The notes under the pieces were generated by a model that was given only the letters and a program-made list of their open reading frames with translations, searched no databases and had not been told where the DNA came from. Positions 12,091-26,503 of a stretch of DNA of 64,000 bases are shown here, in pieces. The DNA is from Octopus vulgaris. Lineage: Eukaryota. The stretch is taken from positions 146,754,001 through 146,818,000 of the forward strand of contig OX597817.1 of the NCBI GenBank assembly GCA_951406725.2, in the 5' to 3' direction. Position 1 is the stretch's first letter; the number at the start of each line of letters is the position of its first letter. A program made the position numbers and the translations under genes.

Positions 12091-13294
12091 CGAGAGACTA
12101 ACACCACCACCACCACCACCACCACCACCACCACCACCACCACCACCGCCGCCGCCTCCCATCATCATCATCATCATCATCCATTTCGGTAGTTTAATCT
12201 AAGGCTGTTTTAAGTGCGTATAATAATTAGCGATTCAGTTAAAACCAGAACTTCTTCCCCGGTCAGTCTTGCAACATCTTCATAAGTCATTCGTCGTCCA
12301 TTGTTTACTAACAGTTTGCTAACTACATTTTACTGTCTTCTGCGCCATGAATAGCTTCTAAGTGACAGAATAAAGATGATGTAGAACCGCCTCCACATCT
12401 TAATACTTTAGAACAGGCGACATATCGTGCTTGATTCTAAAATTCACTTTATTGAAATGGCACCATACATTATATTTCATTCTTCTGAAGTATTGTATGT
12501 GAAAGGCGATACAGATTCAATTTACTAGGTTAACAGGATGTCTGTGTGGTTAAATGTTGTTAGTAGGAGAGGTTTGGAAAGACAATATAAGAAGATAAAA
12601 AGAAAATAAAAGACAACGAAAGGCAGCGAAGTACAAGAAAGTACAAGGCGGTTTAATTTGCTTTAATAGGTTTTCGGACAGAAAAGTCGATAGGTAGTTA
12701 GATTGATAGACAGATAGATAAATAGCTAGAAAGATGGATAGATAAGTGGAGAGATTAATATAGAGATGGTGAGATAGACAAATGGATGGATGGATAGATA
12801 GACGGAAAGACCGATAGATTGATAGATAGACTAAATAGATAGATGGACACATAGGTAGACAAGAATGGAAATGGAAAGGTATTGAATTACCCTAAATATG
12901 ACAGGTAACCATGAGCGAACCTTTTTGTTGGATGTTACAGTCCATTTCGTTGTGTGGGTTTTCGAATGAATGATTCATCATCAGGCTTCCTTATTTCCTT
13001 AATGTACTAGGCTTACAAAGAATAAGTCCTGGGGTCGATTTGTTCGACTAAAGGCAGTGCTCCAGCACGGCCGTAGTCAAATGACTGAAACAAGTAGAAT
13101 AATAAAAGAACATTTTTCCCGGCTTTGTTAACGGTCCTGCCAGCTCACCGCCTCAGACGTTAATACAATGTTAACGATAAAACGTGAAGTATACTTCCGG
13201 AATAAATGCACGTTCTAATGGCGTCGATGGTGACTTCGTCAAGGATTAGAAACTACAAACACTAATGACGCACTAAAGAAAACGATAACCATTA

Positions 13295-13736
13295 CAGGTC
13301 GTCATCGACTTACGACCTATCCGACTTACGACCGATCTACTTTACGACGATTGGTGCGTCAGAACCCGGCAACAATAATAAATAGTCTAATTGAAATCTA
13401 ATGGGTTTAGTTTCTTAGAAATTAACCTGTCTACGGATGATGTCAGCTAACAAACGCTTCCCCTAGTTTTGGTTATCGATCGCCACTGTGTTGGATGATT
13501 ATCCTGTCGCGAATACATCGAGGCAACCTCGTATTTGTTTACAAGACGACTGCTTGAGACAGCGAAATTTTTGACTAACGCCAGTATAATAGTATAATAC
13601 AGAATGCTGTCTGTAACGTTTACCTAAGAGTGTACCCTAAAAATGTAAAAATATAAAACAAAGCTATGTAGACTTATAGGCCGACTTACAACCAGTCATT
13701 CGGAACCAATTGTGGTCGTAATTCGACGATAACCTG
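13295..13736. mobile_element. Tc1/mariner (pogo/Tigger-like) MITE
   Basis: TA|CAGGTCGTCATCGACTTACGACC ... GGTCGTAATTCGACGATAACCTG|TA; subterminal CGACTTACGACC repeats. Confidence 0.8.
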
Positions 13737-13803
13737 TACTAACTTCTAAAATCCAGCAACTGAAATACTATACATTTAAAGATGTGTTCCATGATCACGT
13801 AAA

Positions 13804-14188
13804 TCTCTCTCTATATAAAGCTGAAGTTGTCTGTGTATGACAGGTTTGGTAGCCTTCAACTAACACTATCTCCTCCGAGACCCTGCGGCGCAAGTTGACC
13901 AAAATTGAGAGTATGATAGAAGGCTTGCTCTTCTTTCATTGAAGAAAAAAATTCAAATCGGACCATGTTAACGCCAAAAATTATTTACATCAAAAAGATG
14001 CTTTTTTCTCTGAAAATCCCTGTTTTTTACGATTTTTTGACTGCTGTGTCACCATTTTTCGGTGTATTTCAACCAGAAAAATGTTCACTAAAAGAGAATA
14101 ACAAGCTACATCGTGCAAAATTACTTTTCGAAAATTCCAATTCTAAAGGGTCGAAACAAACCCGAGCAACGCCGGGCGATACTGCTAG
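13804..14188 (+). mobile_element. Non-autonomous Helitron
   Basis: A|TCTCTCTCTATATAAAG ... CCCGAGCAACGCCGGG-CGATACTGCTAG|T. Confidence 0.85.
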
Positions 14189-14544
14189 TTACAAATAAAA
14201 TGTGTTTCACCATTACGAGACACTCTGTATAGCTAAGTGACGTAGATAAGTTGCATTTCACAAAGCAGAAAAGACAAGGTTAAGCATTTACAATTACAAG
14301 CTGTTAAGAACTGAATATGTGCAAAATATTCCAGATACACACACATATATATATACATGTAAATATGTGTATATGCAGATATATGCACTACGTCAAAACA
14401 TGCAGATCTGCACATACATTAGCATGCATGCATGGGTAGAGGGCGTGACTATCTAAAGGATATCTAAATTCCAATATTAGCAGCGTTGGTTCTGGGGTTG
14501 GAAAATGGCTCCTCTTTTTTAGTTGAAGTTCACAAAATAAAACC

Positions 14545-16030
<1,486 letters not shown>

Positions 16031-16477
16031 AATGCAGATTAAGTGTCCAACGATGATGCAAGTCTCTTTCAGTCACTTTTCCTCGTCACACTCTTCTACA
16101 TAACACATACTTCTTCGCTCTCCCTCTCCCACCCCAACACAATTACTTACAAATAAACTCTCTCTCCCTCTCTGTCCCTCTGTCTCGCTCTCTTATACAC
16201 ACAAAGAAGCATATACACACAGCCAAAGCAGAGACTAGCCGTGTTGCTTATCACTTAGGCATTGCTTTATTAGAGATAATTATGTTTGTTATTAATGACT
16301 TCTATAAAATTATAATGAACGGGAAGAGGGAGCTCGTAAAATGTGTTCAAAGCAAAATTTCTCGCCTATTGTAAAATAGAAGAAAAAGTTTGTACATATC
16401 ACTTGGTGGCATTGTCACTCCTATATTTATGTGTGTATAAATGTATATAGACACACATACACACACACACGCACATG

Positions 16478-16514
<37 letters not shown>

Positions 16515-16690
16515 GTGTGTGTTTGTGTGTGTTTGTGCGTGTGTGTGTGTGGGTGTGTGTGTGTGTGTACAAGTACTTAATATAATGTTCGTACGGGTAG
16601 ACGCCGTTATTTATGTATATCGTTATGTTTATAGTGAAATGCACGCTAGCAACCTTGATGTAGGAAGCCAAGATATTTTATACACATATA

Positions 16691-16950
<260 letters not shown>

Positions 16951-17094
16951 TATATATATATATATATATATATGTGTGCGTGTGTGTGCGTGTGTGTGTG
17001 TATGTGTGTGTGTGTGTGTATGTATGTATGCAAGCATGTGTGTATGCATGTATGTATGTATGTATGTATGTATGTTTGTATGTATGTATGTATG

Positions 17095-17585
17095 TTATGT
17101 CAGGTCACTTTCGAGTGCTACTGGTAACATGTAACCCAGTACAACCTGTTGCATGATTGGGTCGTCGGGATGAAAAACAAAACCCGTCAATGGGCGGAGG
17201 AACTCTTGAGAGTCAACGGTCATCCAATAAATGTCTTAAGGCTGTATCATGCGCGGGGACATAGAAATAATCGGACTGAATATCCGATCGCGCGGTTAAA
17301 CCATTGGGAGTGAAGGACTCCTAGCCTTTGTTAGGGCATCCTTCTAGGAGAAGGTAACTCAGGTAACTGGGATAAATCCGACATAAAACCTGCGGCTCAG
17401 TGGTTACCGATGATGTTGACTTGTTCTTGTTTTCGGATTATGGCTGCTGTTGCTTAGTGAGTGAGATTGACTCAGTGCACAGCCTTTTCTCACTTAAAAA
17501 AATCTTCTTGCACAGGCATTGCATGATAACAACATTGATTAAGCTTCGTGCAATGGCCATACTTGATAACGAGGAGGCAGCCACC
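17095..17585 (+). mobile_element. Possible RTE-type LINE 5'-UTR-like insertion in (TATG)n
   Basis: GC-richer 490-bp island flanked by (TATG)n; CTAGCCTT..AGGGCA..CTAGGAGAAGG.AACTC resembles RTE 5'-UTR motifs (from recollection). Confidence 0.35.
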
Positions 17586-17754
17586 GTATGTATGTATGTA
17601 TGTATGTATGTATGTATGTATGTATGTATGTATGTATGTATGTATGTATGTATGAATATGTTTGTGTGTCTGTGTTTGTCACCCCCCAACATGGCCGCAG
17701 TCAAATGACAGAAACAAATAAAAGAATAAAGGAATATATATATTTTATTTTATT

Positions 17755-17971
17755 CTTTTACTTGTTTCAGTTCAGTCATATGACTGCGGCCATGCTGGAG
17801 CACCGCCTTTAGTCGAGCAGTTCGATCCCAGGACTTATTTTTTGGAAGTCTAGTACTTATTCTATCGGTCTCTTTTGCCGAACCGTTAAGTTACGGGGAC
17901 GTAAACACACCAACATCGGTTGTCAAGCGATTGTGAGGTACAATATATATATATATATATATGTGTTTGTA

Positions 17972-18007
<36 letters not shown>

Positions 18008-18357
18008 GGCGCAGGAGTGGCTGTGTGGTAAGTAGCTTGCTTAACAACCACATGGTTCCAGGTTCAGTCCCACTGCGTGGCACCTTGGGCAAGTGTCTTC
18101 TACTATAGCCTCGGGCCGACCAAAGCCTTGTGAGTGGATTTGGTAGACGGAAACTGAAAGAAGCCCGTCGTATATATGTATATATATGTGTGTGTGCATG
18201 TATGTTTGTGTGTCTATGTTTGTCCCCCTAGCATTGCTTGACAACCGATGCTGGTGTGTTTATGTCCCCGTCACAAAGAATAAGTCCCGGGGTCGAGTTG
18301 CTCGATTAAAGGTGGTGCTCCAGCATGGCTGCAGTCAAATGACTGAAACAAGTAAAA

Positions 18358-18360
<3 letters not shown>
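17755..18360. mobile_element. Two SINE family A copies in opposite orientation (17755-17940 minus; 18008-18360 plus)
   Basis: Consensus-like head GGCGCAGGAGTGGCTGTGTGG at 18008; reverse-complement tail at 17755. Confidence 0.85.
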
Positions 18361-18392
<32 letters not shown>

Positions 18393-18394
18393 AA

Positions 18395-18564
18395 AAAATA
18401 CAAACTGGGACAAGAACGCAAAACATTTAGAAGACGATACAAAAAACACGGACGAGACATTCGAAGCCTTCAATCTTCAGTCAAGAACCGGATCATCCTC
18501 GCAATTTCGGCTGATTAATCTTGAGATTGCTCTGAACTGGCCAGCCCCAAAGGAAAATCTAAGC

Positions 18565-18566
<2 letters not shown>
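18395..18566 (-). mobile_element. Short (TA)n-anchored repeat family P, probably PLE-derived; also 19280-19473 (-) and 20133-20460 (+)
   Basis: Three copies share GGACAAGAACGCAAAACAT...GCAATTTCGGCTGATTA.TCTTGAGATTGC...CTGGCCAGCCC and all abut TA arrays. Confidence 0.65.
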
Positions 18567-18632
<66 letters not shown>

Positions 18633-18939
18633 CGATGGGTTTTTTCAGTTTCCGTTTACCATATCCACTCACAAGTCTTTGGTAGGCCCGACGCTACAGC
18701 AGAAGACACTTGCCGAAGGTGCCACACAGTGTGACTGAACCCGGACCATGTTGCTGGGAAGCAAGCTTCTTACCACACAGCCACTTCTATTCTTTTATTT
18801 TTTTCTTTCCTTGCATTGGTTTCAGCCAGGGACTGGGACCATGCTGGAGCAACGCCTTTCAGTATTTTGTGGTCTCCTTTCGGGGAGACAATCGATACTG
18901 GTGTGTTTATGTCCCCGTAATTAAAGGTATTCTTAATGT

Positions 18940-19128
18940 AGTTCTCAGGGATATTCAGGATGACACTAAATTTTCGAAATACAGGTACTACTCATTTTTG
19001 CCAGTCGAGTGCACTGGAGGAACGAGGAATAAAGTGCCTTGCGCAAGGGCCCAACACGCTGCCATGTATCGAACTTACAACCTTTCGATCGTGAACCGAG
19101 TACCCTAACCACTAAGCCACGTGCCTTC
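18940..19128 (-). mobile_element. SINE family D-like
   Basis: Reverse complement of GAAGGCACGTGGCTTAGTGGTTAGGG...GTAAGTTCGATAC. Confidence 0.65.
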
Positions 19129-19214
19129 ATACATGTATGTATGTATGTATGTATGTATGTATGTATGTATGTATGTATGTATGTATGTATGTATGTATGT
19201 ATACACATACAATG

Positions 19215-19281
<67 letters not shown>

Positions 19282-22099
19282 AAATACAAAATGGGACAAG
19301 AACGCAAAACATCCAGACAGCTAGGTGATACAAAAAGGGACAAAACATCCAGATAGACGATACAAAAAAAACAAGAACGGGTCATTCGAAGTTTTCTTTC
19401 CTAAGTCAAGCACCAGATTATCCTTGCAATTTCGGCTGATTATTCTTGAGATTGCCCCAATCTGGCCAGCCCTACACTTTGGTCTTGCATATATATAAAT
19501 ATCTGGGTGAGAAAAAATTCTCCCTTCGTATGTGTTTAAATGTACACTGTATTTATATGAATATATATATATATATATATAGTTGGAGACAGAGAGAGAG
19601 AGAGAGGGAGAGAGAGGGAGAGAGAGGGAGAAGGAGAGAGAGAGATGGCGATAGATAGAGAACGTGAGTGAGAGATGGTGGTATGCATATTTATTTTACT
19701 GGTTTTGGCTACGAGTTTCTTCTTTGTTTATGATTAGATGACAACCTGTAAAAAAATTAACACCGTTTGTATCTAACAGCTTTTGACATTAAATTCCTCG
19801 TAGATTTAACCAGTGAAAAGTTTGTTTATGAGAATCGCTGAACATTTTTGGAATTATTTAGTCTGAGACGACCTTACTATACTCATGTTCTTCCGACCAG
19901 ACTGGTAAGGCCGATTTGCTCAACAAACCAGCCACATATCAATTTAATATTGCTGAGACGTAAATTTTTACTTTCCTGTCTCCCTAGTTAGTTGCCTTGA
20001 ATCTCACCGTGACATAATAGGTAAATTTCAACAGACCCTGGGCAAATGTCTTCTACTATACAGCGTTTGTCCACCCCCCCAACCGCCTTAATTAACAATG
20101 GTCCAAATAGGACCATTACATATATATATATACGCCAGCTGAATTCAATTCGTCTCCAGTCGAAAGACGCATGTTGTTATGTCCTGTTATTATTATTATT
20201 ATCATTGTTTTTTTTGTATTATTTTTGTATTTATATTCGTGTAACATCGTCCGTTTTTCCGTCCTTTTTTCCAAGGAATCTAGTGCTCTTAGCTTAGTTT
20301 TTCCTTGGGGCTGGCCAAATTGGAGCAATCTTAAGATTAATCAGCCGAAATTGCGGGGATGATCCGGTTCTTGACTGAAGATTAAAGGCTTCGAATGACC
20401 CGTCCGTGTTTTTTGTATCGTCTATCTGGATGTTTTGCGTTCTTGTCGCAGTTTGTGTATATGTATATATATAATGGTCCTATTTGGACCATTGTGAATT
20501 AAGGCAGTTAGTGGGGTGGAATTGGACAAACGCTGTATAGTAGAAGACACTTGCTCAAGGTCTGTTGCCTAAGGCTATATTAAAAGACACTTGCGTAAGG
20601 TTCTTAGATGAGACTGAACCCGGGACCATGAGGTTGGGAAGCAAAGTATTTACTACACACCTACACACAAGCACCCCTCCCCCTATACACATACATATGT
20701 ATATTGGAATTTGTTAATGGTGGTCAGGTGTGAAGAAATGTGTGCGTCTGCGGCTTTAACACCTTCCTTTCCCGACACTATTGTGACCGAACGGTACTCC
20801 ATTCTCCTGTTGAAGAGATACGCGAAGTACTAGTGTAGAACGGGGGAATTCTGGTGGAATAACGCATTGGGTAGAGAGAAAGGAATGAGGATTCGTAAGC
20901 ACAAAATCTGGCGAGGTTTTTCCCCATAAAAGGGACGAGAGGAAAGAAACAAATGTGCTTGGAGGTTTGTGTGGACATGATACAGGAGGAGCTAGCTAAA
21001 GGGATCAGAAAACACTGAGGTAGAAATAGAAGAGGAAGGGTGAGGAGACCCAGTACATTCGTAGGTTAGAGGTTGGGGTATGATAAACGACTTCGGGTAG
21101 TCTACTTAATATGGCAAAGCGGATATTCTGTAAGTTTTAATAGAAAAGTTACGCTACAGTTAATGATAGAGTAATGATAATATGAATTTTAATAACCTAG
21201 TAAATGTATAAATATTAATAAAACGAAGCAGTCATTATATCAAATATTTATGAAACACTAAAAGTATAGACATCGCTCGATTAAAACAGCAGTTGTACAT
21301 GTATTGATAGTATATAATTGAGTAGGAATTGTTTAAAATATTAAGAGAATAGTGACAGAATGAACATTATAACAATGGAACCGAAGCATTTGCATTAATA
21401 TTTAACTAAGCAGAGTCGTGGCTGTATAAAATACAGAATAGAGTGAACGTAGAAGTTGCAGAAAGGAAGAAACATCCAAGTGTGTTAGTATCGTGTTTGT
21501 AGGACAGAAACGTCAACTTTTTACTGTTATTGCAGACATCTAACTCATCTCTGATCATAAAACTTTAATGTCTGAATGCAGAGCTTTACTGATATTACTA
21601 ATGCTTTTGCATGTGTTGATATGATATTTAAATATTTCAGAGTTTTAATCGATAATAAAATTATTTTACACCACTATAAATATCAGGACACCTCCACAAC
21701 TCTTTCTCGTTGGTAACTCAGCTCTTTCTGTGTTTTCTTTTTTTTTTCTTTTTGTTTCTTTTCTCGTCTTGTCTTTTGTAAGAATCGACCTTGTTAGCCG
21801 AATGCGTTCAAAGTGCGACAGAAAAGAGAACCCCCGCCTCCCTAAAACCTCCTGTTGTTTCGAGACACATTAAATATTGAAATTAAAAAGGTAGCAACTA
21901 TGTGTTTATGAAATTAAAGTTTTACTGTTTTTTTCACCCCGTTACCGTCATCGTTTGAACCGATGCACACCGTACAGTTGCTGTCGAAATGTTTGTCAGC
22001 CTATAAAAGACGGGACCCTCTATATTTTAGTGAGAACATTGAGAGTATACATATGGCTGTTTTATCAACACACAAAAACACCCACTAACATTTATTCTG

Positions 22100-23515
22100 C
22101 TAAGGCGGGCAGATGCTTAGCGGTATTTCGTCTGTCTTTACATTCTGAGTTCAAATTCTGCCGAGGTCAACTTTGCCTTTCATCCTTTCGGGGTCGATTA
22201 AATAAGTACCAGTTACGCACTGGGGTCGATATAATCGACTTAATCCGTTTGTCTGTCCTTGTTTGTCCTCTCTGTGTTTAGCCCCTTGAGGGTAGTAAAG
22301 AAATGGGTATTTCATCTGCTGCTACGTCCTGAGTTCAAATTCCGCCGAGGTCAACTTTGCCTTTCATCCTTTCGGGGTCGATAAATTCAGTACCAGTTAC
22401 GCACTGGGGTCGATGTAATCAACTTAATCCGTTTGTCTGTCCTTGTTTGTCCTCTCTGTGTTTAGCCCCTTGTGGGCAATAAAGAAATAAGAAATGTTAG
22501 CACGACGGACGAAATGCTTAGTGGTATTTCGTCTGTCTTATGTTCTGAGCTCAAATTCCGCCGAGGTCGACTTCGACTTTGCTTTTCATCCTTTCGGGGT
22601 CGATAAATTAAGTACCAGTTGCGTTCTGGGGTCGATCTAATCGACTGGCGCCCTTTCCCAAAATTTCGGGCCTTGTGCCTAGAGTAGAAAAGAATATTTA
22701 TTCTGCTATGGCGGCGAGCAGAATCGTTAGTTCACTGGGCAAAAATATTTAGCGGCATTTCGTCCGTTTTTACGTTCTAAGTTTCAATAATATTGACTCC
22801 TGCTGATTTTTATCCTTTGGGTCATTAAAATAAGTACAAGTTGAATACTGAGGTCGATGTAATCATCTATCCCCTCCCTCGAAATTTCTGGCCTTGTGCC
22901 AAAATTTGAAACCAAAATTTAACTGCGTTGTAAAGAAGTGAGCTGGTAGAATCGTTATCGCACCGCGCAAAATGCTCATCGGCATGGCGTCCGTTTTTAC
23001 GTTCTGAGTTCAAATGCCACTGAGGTTGACTTTGCCTTTCGGGTTGCACACTAGGGTTTATGTAATCAGTTTATCCCTTCCCCGAAATTACCATTTTTTT
23101 TGCCAAAATGGGAAACCAATCTTTATCAGCGTTTTGGGGACGGTGAAATAACAGCATTGGCAAATCGTCGAACAGAACGCAGTACAGCAGATATCCTTCT
23201 GGGAGCGATAACATAAAGTACTGGCGATTATTGTTATCGATATCATCAACTTGCATCTCACTGAGATCTACGACCTTGTACCTATCTCTTTACTACCCAC
23301 AAGGGGCTAAACACAGAAAGAACAAACAAGAACAGACAAACGGATTAAGTCGATTATATCGACCCCAGTGCGTAACCGGTACTTATTTAATCGATTCCAA
23401 AAGGATGAAAGGCAAAGTCGACCTCAGTGGAATTTGAACTCAGAACGTAACGACAGACGAAATACTGCTAAGCATTACGCCCGGCGTGCTAACGTTTCTG
23501 CCAGCTCGCCGCCTT
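22100..23515. mobile_element. Cluster of about six SINE family B copies (five plus, last minus)
   Basis: Repeated GAGTTCAAATTC.GCCGAGGTC.ACTTTGCCTTTCATCCTTTCGGGGTCGAT; two different 3' tails. Confidence 0.85.
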
Positions 23516-23586
23516 CTACGACCTTGTACCAATGTTAGACTTCCGTATTAATATCCTTTTAGACTTAATGAATGGCCAAGATAGTA

Positions 23587-23828
23587 TTGGGTTGGTGCAT
23601 AATTATTGCGTTTTTTTTTTCAACAAATTTTATTCAACAAAATCAATAACAACATGTAACAAAAACATTTTAAAATGATTATTCCGGAGCATATTCACCA
23701 TCTACTTCAATCACTGCTTCCCATTTGCTTGGCAGACGGTCAGACCGCCATTTAAAGATGCTTCTGTTAAATATTGTTCTTGTTTTTGTTGGAAAAAAAA
23801 AAGCCGCAATAATTATGCACCAACCCAA
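23587..23828 (-). mobile_element. Mariner deletion derivative (MITE)
   Basis: TA|TTGGGTTGGTGCATAATTATTGCG ... CGCAATAATTATGCACCAACCCAA|TA perfect TIRs; minus-strand mariner C-terminus RLPSKWEAVIEVDGEYAPE*. Confidence 0.9.
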
Positions 23829-24799
23829 TAGAATGTCGAAATGGTTATTTTACTATAACTAGCAAAATTTTTCCTAGACTGATGCAATAATTCTTTCTAA
23901 TTTTGGTACCAGGAATTTTGAGGGGACAGGAAATCGATTACATCGACACCCAGTGCTCGACTGATGCTTTAATGAAAGTTGATCTCGGCAGTATTCGAAC
24001 TCAGAACGTAAAGGGCCGAAAGAAATGCCGTTAAGCATTTTGTCTTAGGTGTTAATGATTCTACCAGTCCACCGCCTTAGATTGATGGAATAACATCCGG
24101 TAATATACTGGGGTTGATCCAGTCGAATATTACGCTTCATATATCAAATGTCTTTCGTTGTTTTAAAACATGTCATTGTTTACGCCATTGTATGGCAAAC
24201 AACCGAGAGTAGAAACAAATTCAGTCCCCGGCTCAGTTACGGTTCTTTGTGGTAAACATTTTTATTTGATTTAGATTAAGTTCAGCAAGCAAAGGACCAC
24301 TAACACACAATCTCACTTCCTCTTTCTCTACCCAAATAAAGAAACAATCACTATTTACGTCATCTCAAGGGCGCTGGATTGGTCTCATTGTTACGCGTAT
24401 ATGTTTGCAACAGCCACAGCGTTCCTTCTTTCAGCATAACCTTCAGAAGATAAGCCCTTCCACCTAATGGAATCTACTCCATAACACAATCCGACAGCCA
24501 AGTGCATGTGAATATCCCCACTTCCGTCTGCGTAAACATAATTCGCACCTCACCTCAATGGCGGAGTTTCCACACTCCATCCAAATTTACGATTATAGTG
24601 TCACTGAGCTTTGTAGAAGAGATATCGACTATATCTAGTTTGGCCTCCTCCATTGCCTCCTGCTTGTGACATTCTAATTCCCAACTGGTAACGGTTGTTT
24701 TCTCCTGGATTCTCTTCGGGGTCCCAGCACCTTCAACTGTTGTGGTTTCATCTCACACCTGCCAGAACAAGTTTCAGGTTTACTGCCAGTTATAACAGC

Positions 24800-25470
24800 A
24801 TTGAGTGGAGTCTGCAACATATTTTTCAAACGGACCCCTCTATCTAGGGTCCGGACAAGTTTCTTACAACGGGTGACGTGGTTTGGTTACATTTTTCTAA
24901 ACCTTTTCCTATTTCAGCTTTTGGTGGTCTTATTTGCGCCACGCACCAAGCTGGAATTTGTACTGGATTTACAGAAAAGGATCTCAAGAGAGATTCTTTA
25001 AGCTGAGCCAACCGACATGAAACCTAGGGGTAGACCGGAAGCGAGACGGCTGGATAATATCCATAATCCCAGTTAGTCACACTTGGGAATCCAGCTAGAA
25101 ACTATAAAGTTAATCCAAACATGAAAACACAAAGAGAAAACACAACAACGCGGGGACGTGGAACAAGTATAGTGTTATTGGACGCTCAGGAAAGGAAAGA
25201 AAGAAGGAGGATTTAACGTTTCGAGCGGAGCTCTTCGTCAGAAACATAGAAAAAGGAAAGATCCAAGGAAGGGAAGACGGAGGAAAAAACTCGCTAACGG
25301 TACACACGCGGTCACATTTTGAATGTGACCGCGTGTGTAGAAACTATAAAGACGGTTGCCTCTGATACGACCCTATGGAGAAGGTGTTTGAGGATACTAC
25401 TCCTGCGACTCTCCCAGGAATTGTGGGTGACGAAAATGGATGGATGGAAATGACTGTAAACAAAAGAAGC
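24800..25470 (+). pseudogene. RTE-clade LINE 3' fragment, interrupted at 25110-25337
   Basis: Translates as ...WFGY...KPRGRPEARRLDNI...LGIQLETIKTVASDTTLWRRCLRILLLR, resembling the RTE ORF C-terminus. Confidence 0.55.
25110..25337 (-). mobile_element. Family H HHR-bearing element with 14-bp TSD and terminal hairpin
   Basis: TSD TAGAAACTATAAAG at 25096-25109 and 25338-25351; minus-strand CTGACGA-AGAGCTCCGCTC-GAAACGTTA; 16-bp hairpin at 25303-25337. Confidence 0.85.
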
Positions 25471-26471
25471 CACTGAGATCATGGGCGTTGCGTTTGGAAT
25501 CCAGCTAGAAAGTATAAAGACGGTTGCCTCTGATACGACCCTATGGAGGAGGCGTTGCGTTTGTATTACACTGTACAAGTCGATAATATAACTAGCTTGA
25601 TAATATAACTAGCTTGATAATATAACTAACTCTGCTTACTCTGACCAAATCATATAAGCTCAAACAGCGAGTTCTCAGAAATTCTTCCGACAAATTGAAA
25701 AGTTTAAAAGCCTAATGCCTAAGTTAAAAAAACACACACACACAAAATTGAAATAAAAAGAGAAAAATAAAAATAAAAACACCCAAACAATCTAATAACC
25801 CCAGCATCGTACTTTACTACTTTTCTGACCAAACAAGAGACAAAACTCGAATCTCTATATTTCCATCTTACACATATGAACTCACGGTTGACATACAACA
25901 CATCTGTTTTAAAACGCAATAAATCTTAATGCATTTTCTACCGGCTTTTAATGATTTGCTATCCAAAAGTCGATATTTGTAAAGATCAATGGAACTTATA
26001 CGAGGAGACCGGCAAATTGCTTTTGTGCCCTGCACCACAAACCTTCTGTATTATTTGACTTTCAGAGGACAACTGGATTAAACTCAAAAGCTATACTGAT
26101 TTTTTTCTTTCCTTTTTATATTTTCTATATTTTTCATTTTTAATCCGTGGTTAGATAGCGCTGTTGTCGCATCTTTTATGTATTAAGATCAAAATAACAA
26201 AACCAGCAACAACTAAAGCAGTAACAACAACAACAACAGCAGAACAGCAACAATAACAACAACAACAATTTCTGCACATGCATGTCATACTGTTCACTGC
26301 ATTACAAATCTATGGCTTTGTATCGCATAAGCATTAGAGCCGCAAACAGGGAGTCTGTTTTATTGATCTATAACTGTATTCTCTGCAGTAGATAATGTGG
26401 ATAATGATGGCCACCGTCGACGACGACGACAAGGGAGATGACGAAGATGGTAATGATGAGGATTAAAGTGG

Positions 26472-26503
<32 letters not shown>

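Larger units (their letters stand above)
6020..12480 (-). pseudogene. Fragmented ancient hAT-superfamily transposase split by younger insertions
   Basis: Colinear minus-strand motifs: BED finger VWCHF...ARYVACSKVLRCGGGSTSSLFCHLEAIH (12335-12475); FSLTLGE*TSLQN..NINAH (~11150-11225); EKFRKISKIFCKSP (~10380-10425); EWNTL (~8010); ATCVEADRNF..TGLF dimerisation motif (~6105-6160); stops and frameshifts. Confidence 0.65.

Noticed and set aside
20372-20405. CTGAAGA...CTTCGAATGAC in family P
   Set aside because: GAAA box reads GAAT, stem II is poor, and the core is not conserved in the 19.4-kb copy.
22100-22920. Regularly spaced repeats resembling a CRISPR array
   Set aside because: Units are ~190-bp SINE copies without unique spacers; eukaryotic context and no cas genes.
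25581-25628. 17-bp tandem repeat GATAATATAACTAGCTT x2.8
   Set aside because: Ordinary local slippage duplication.
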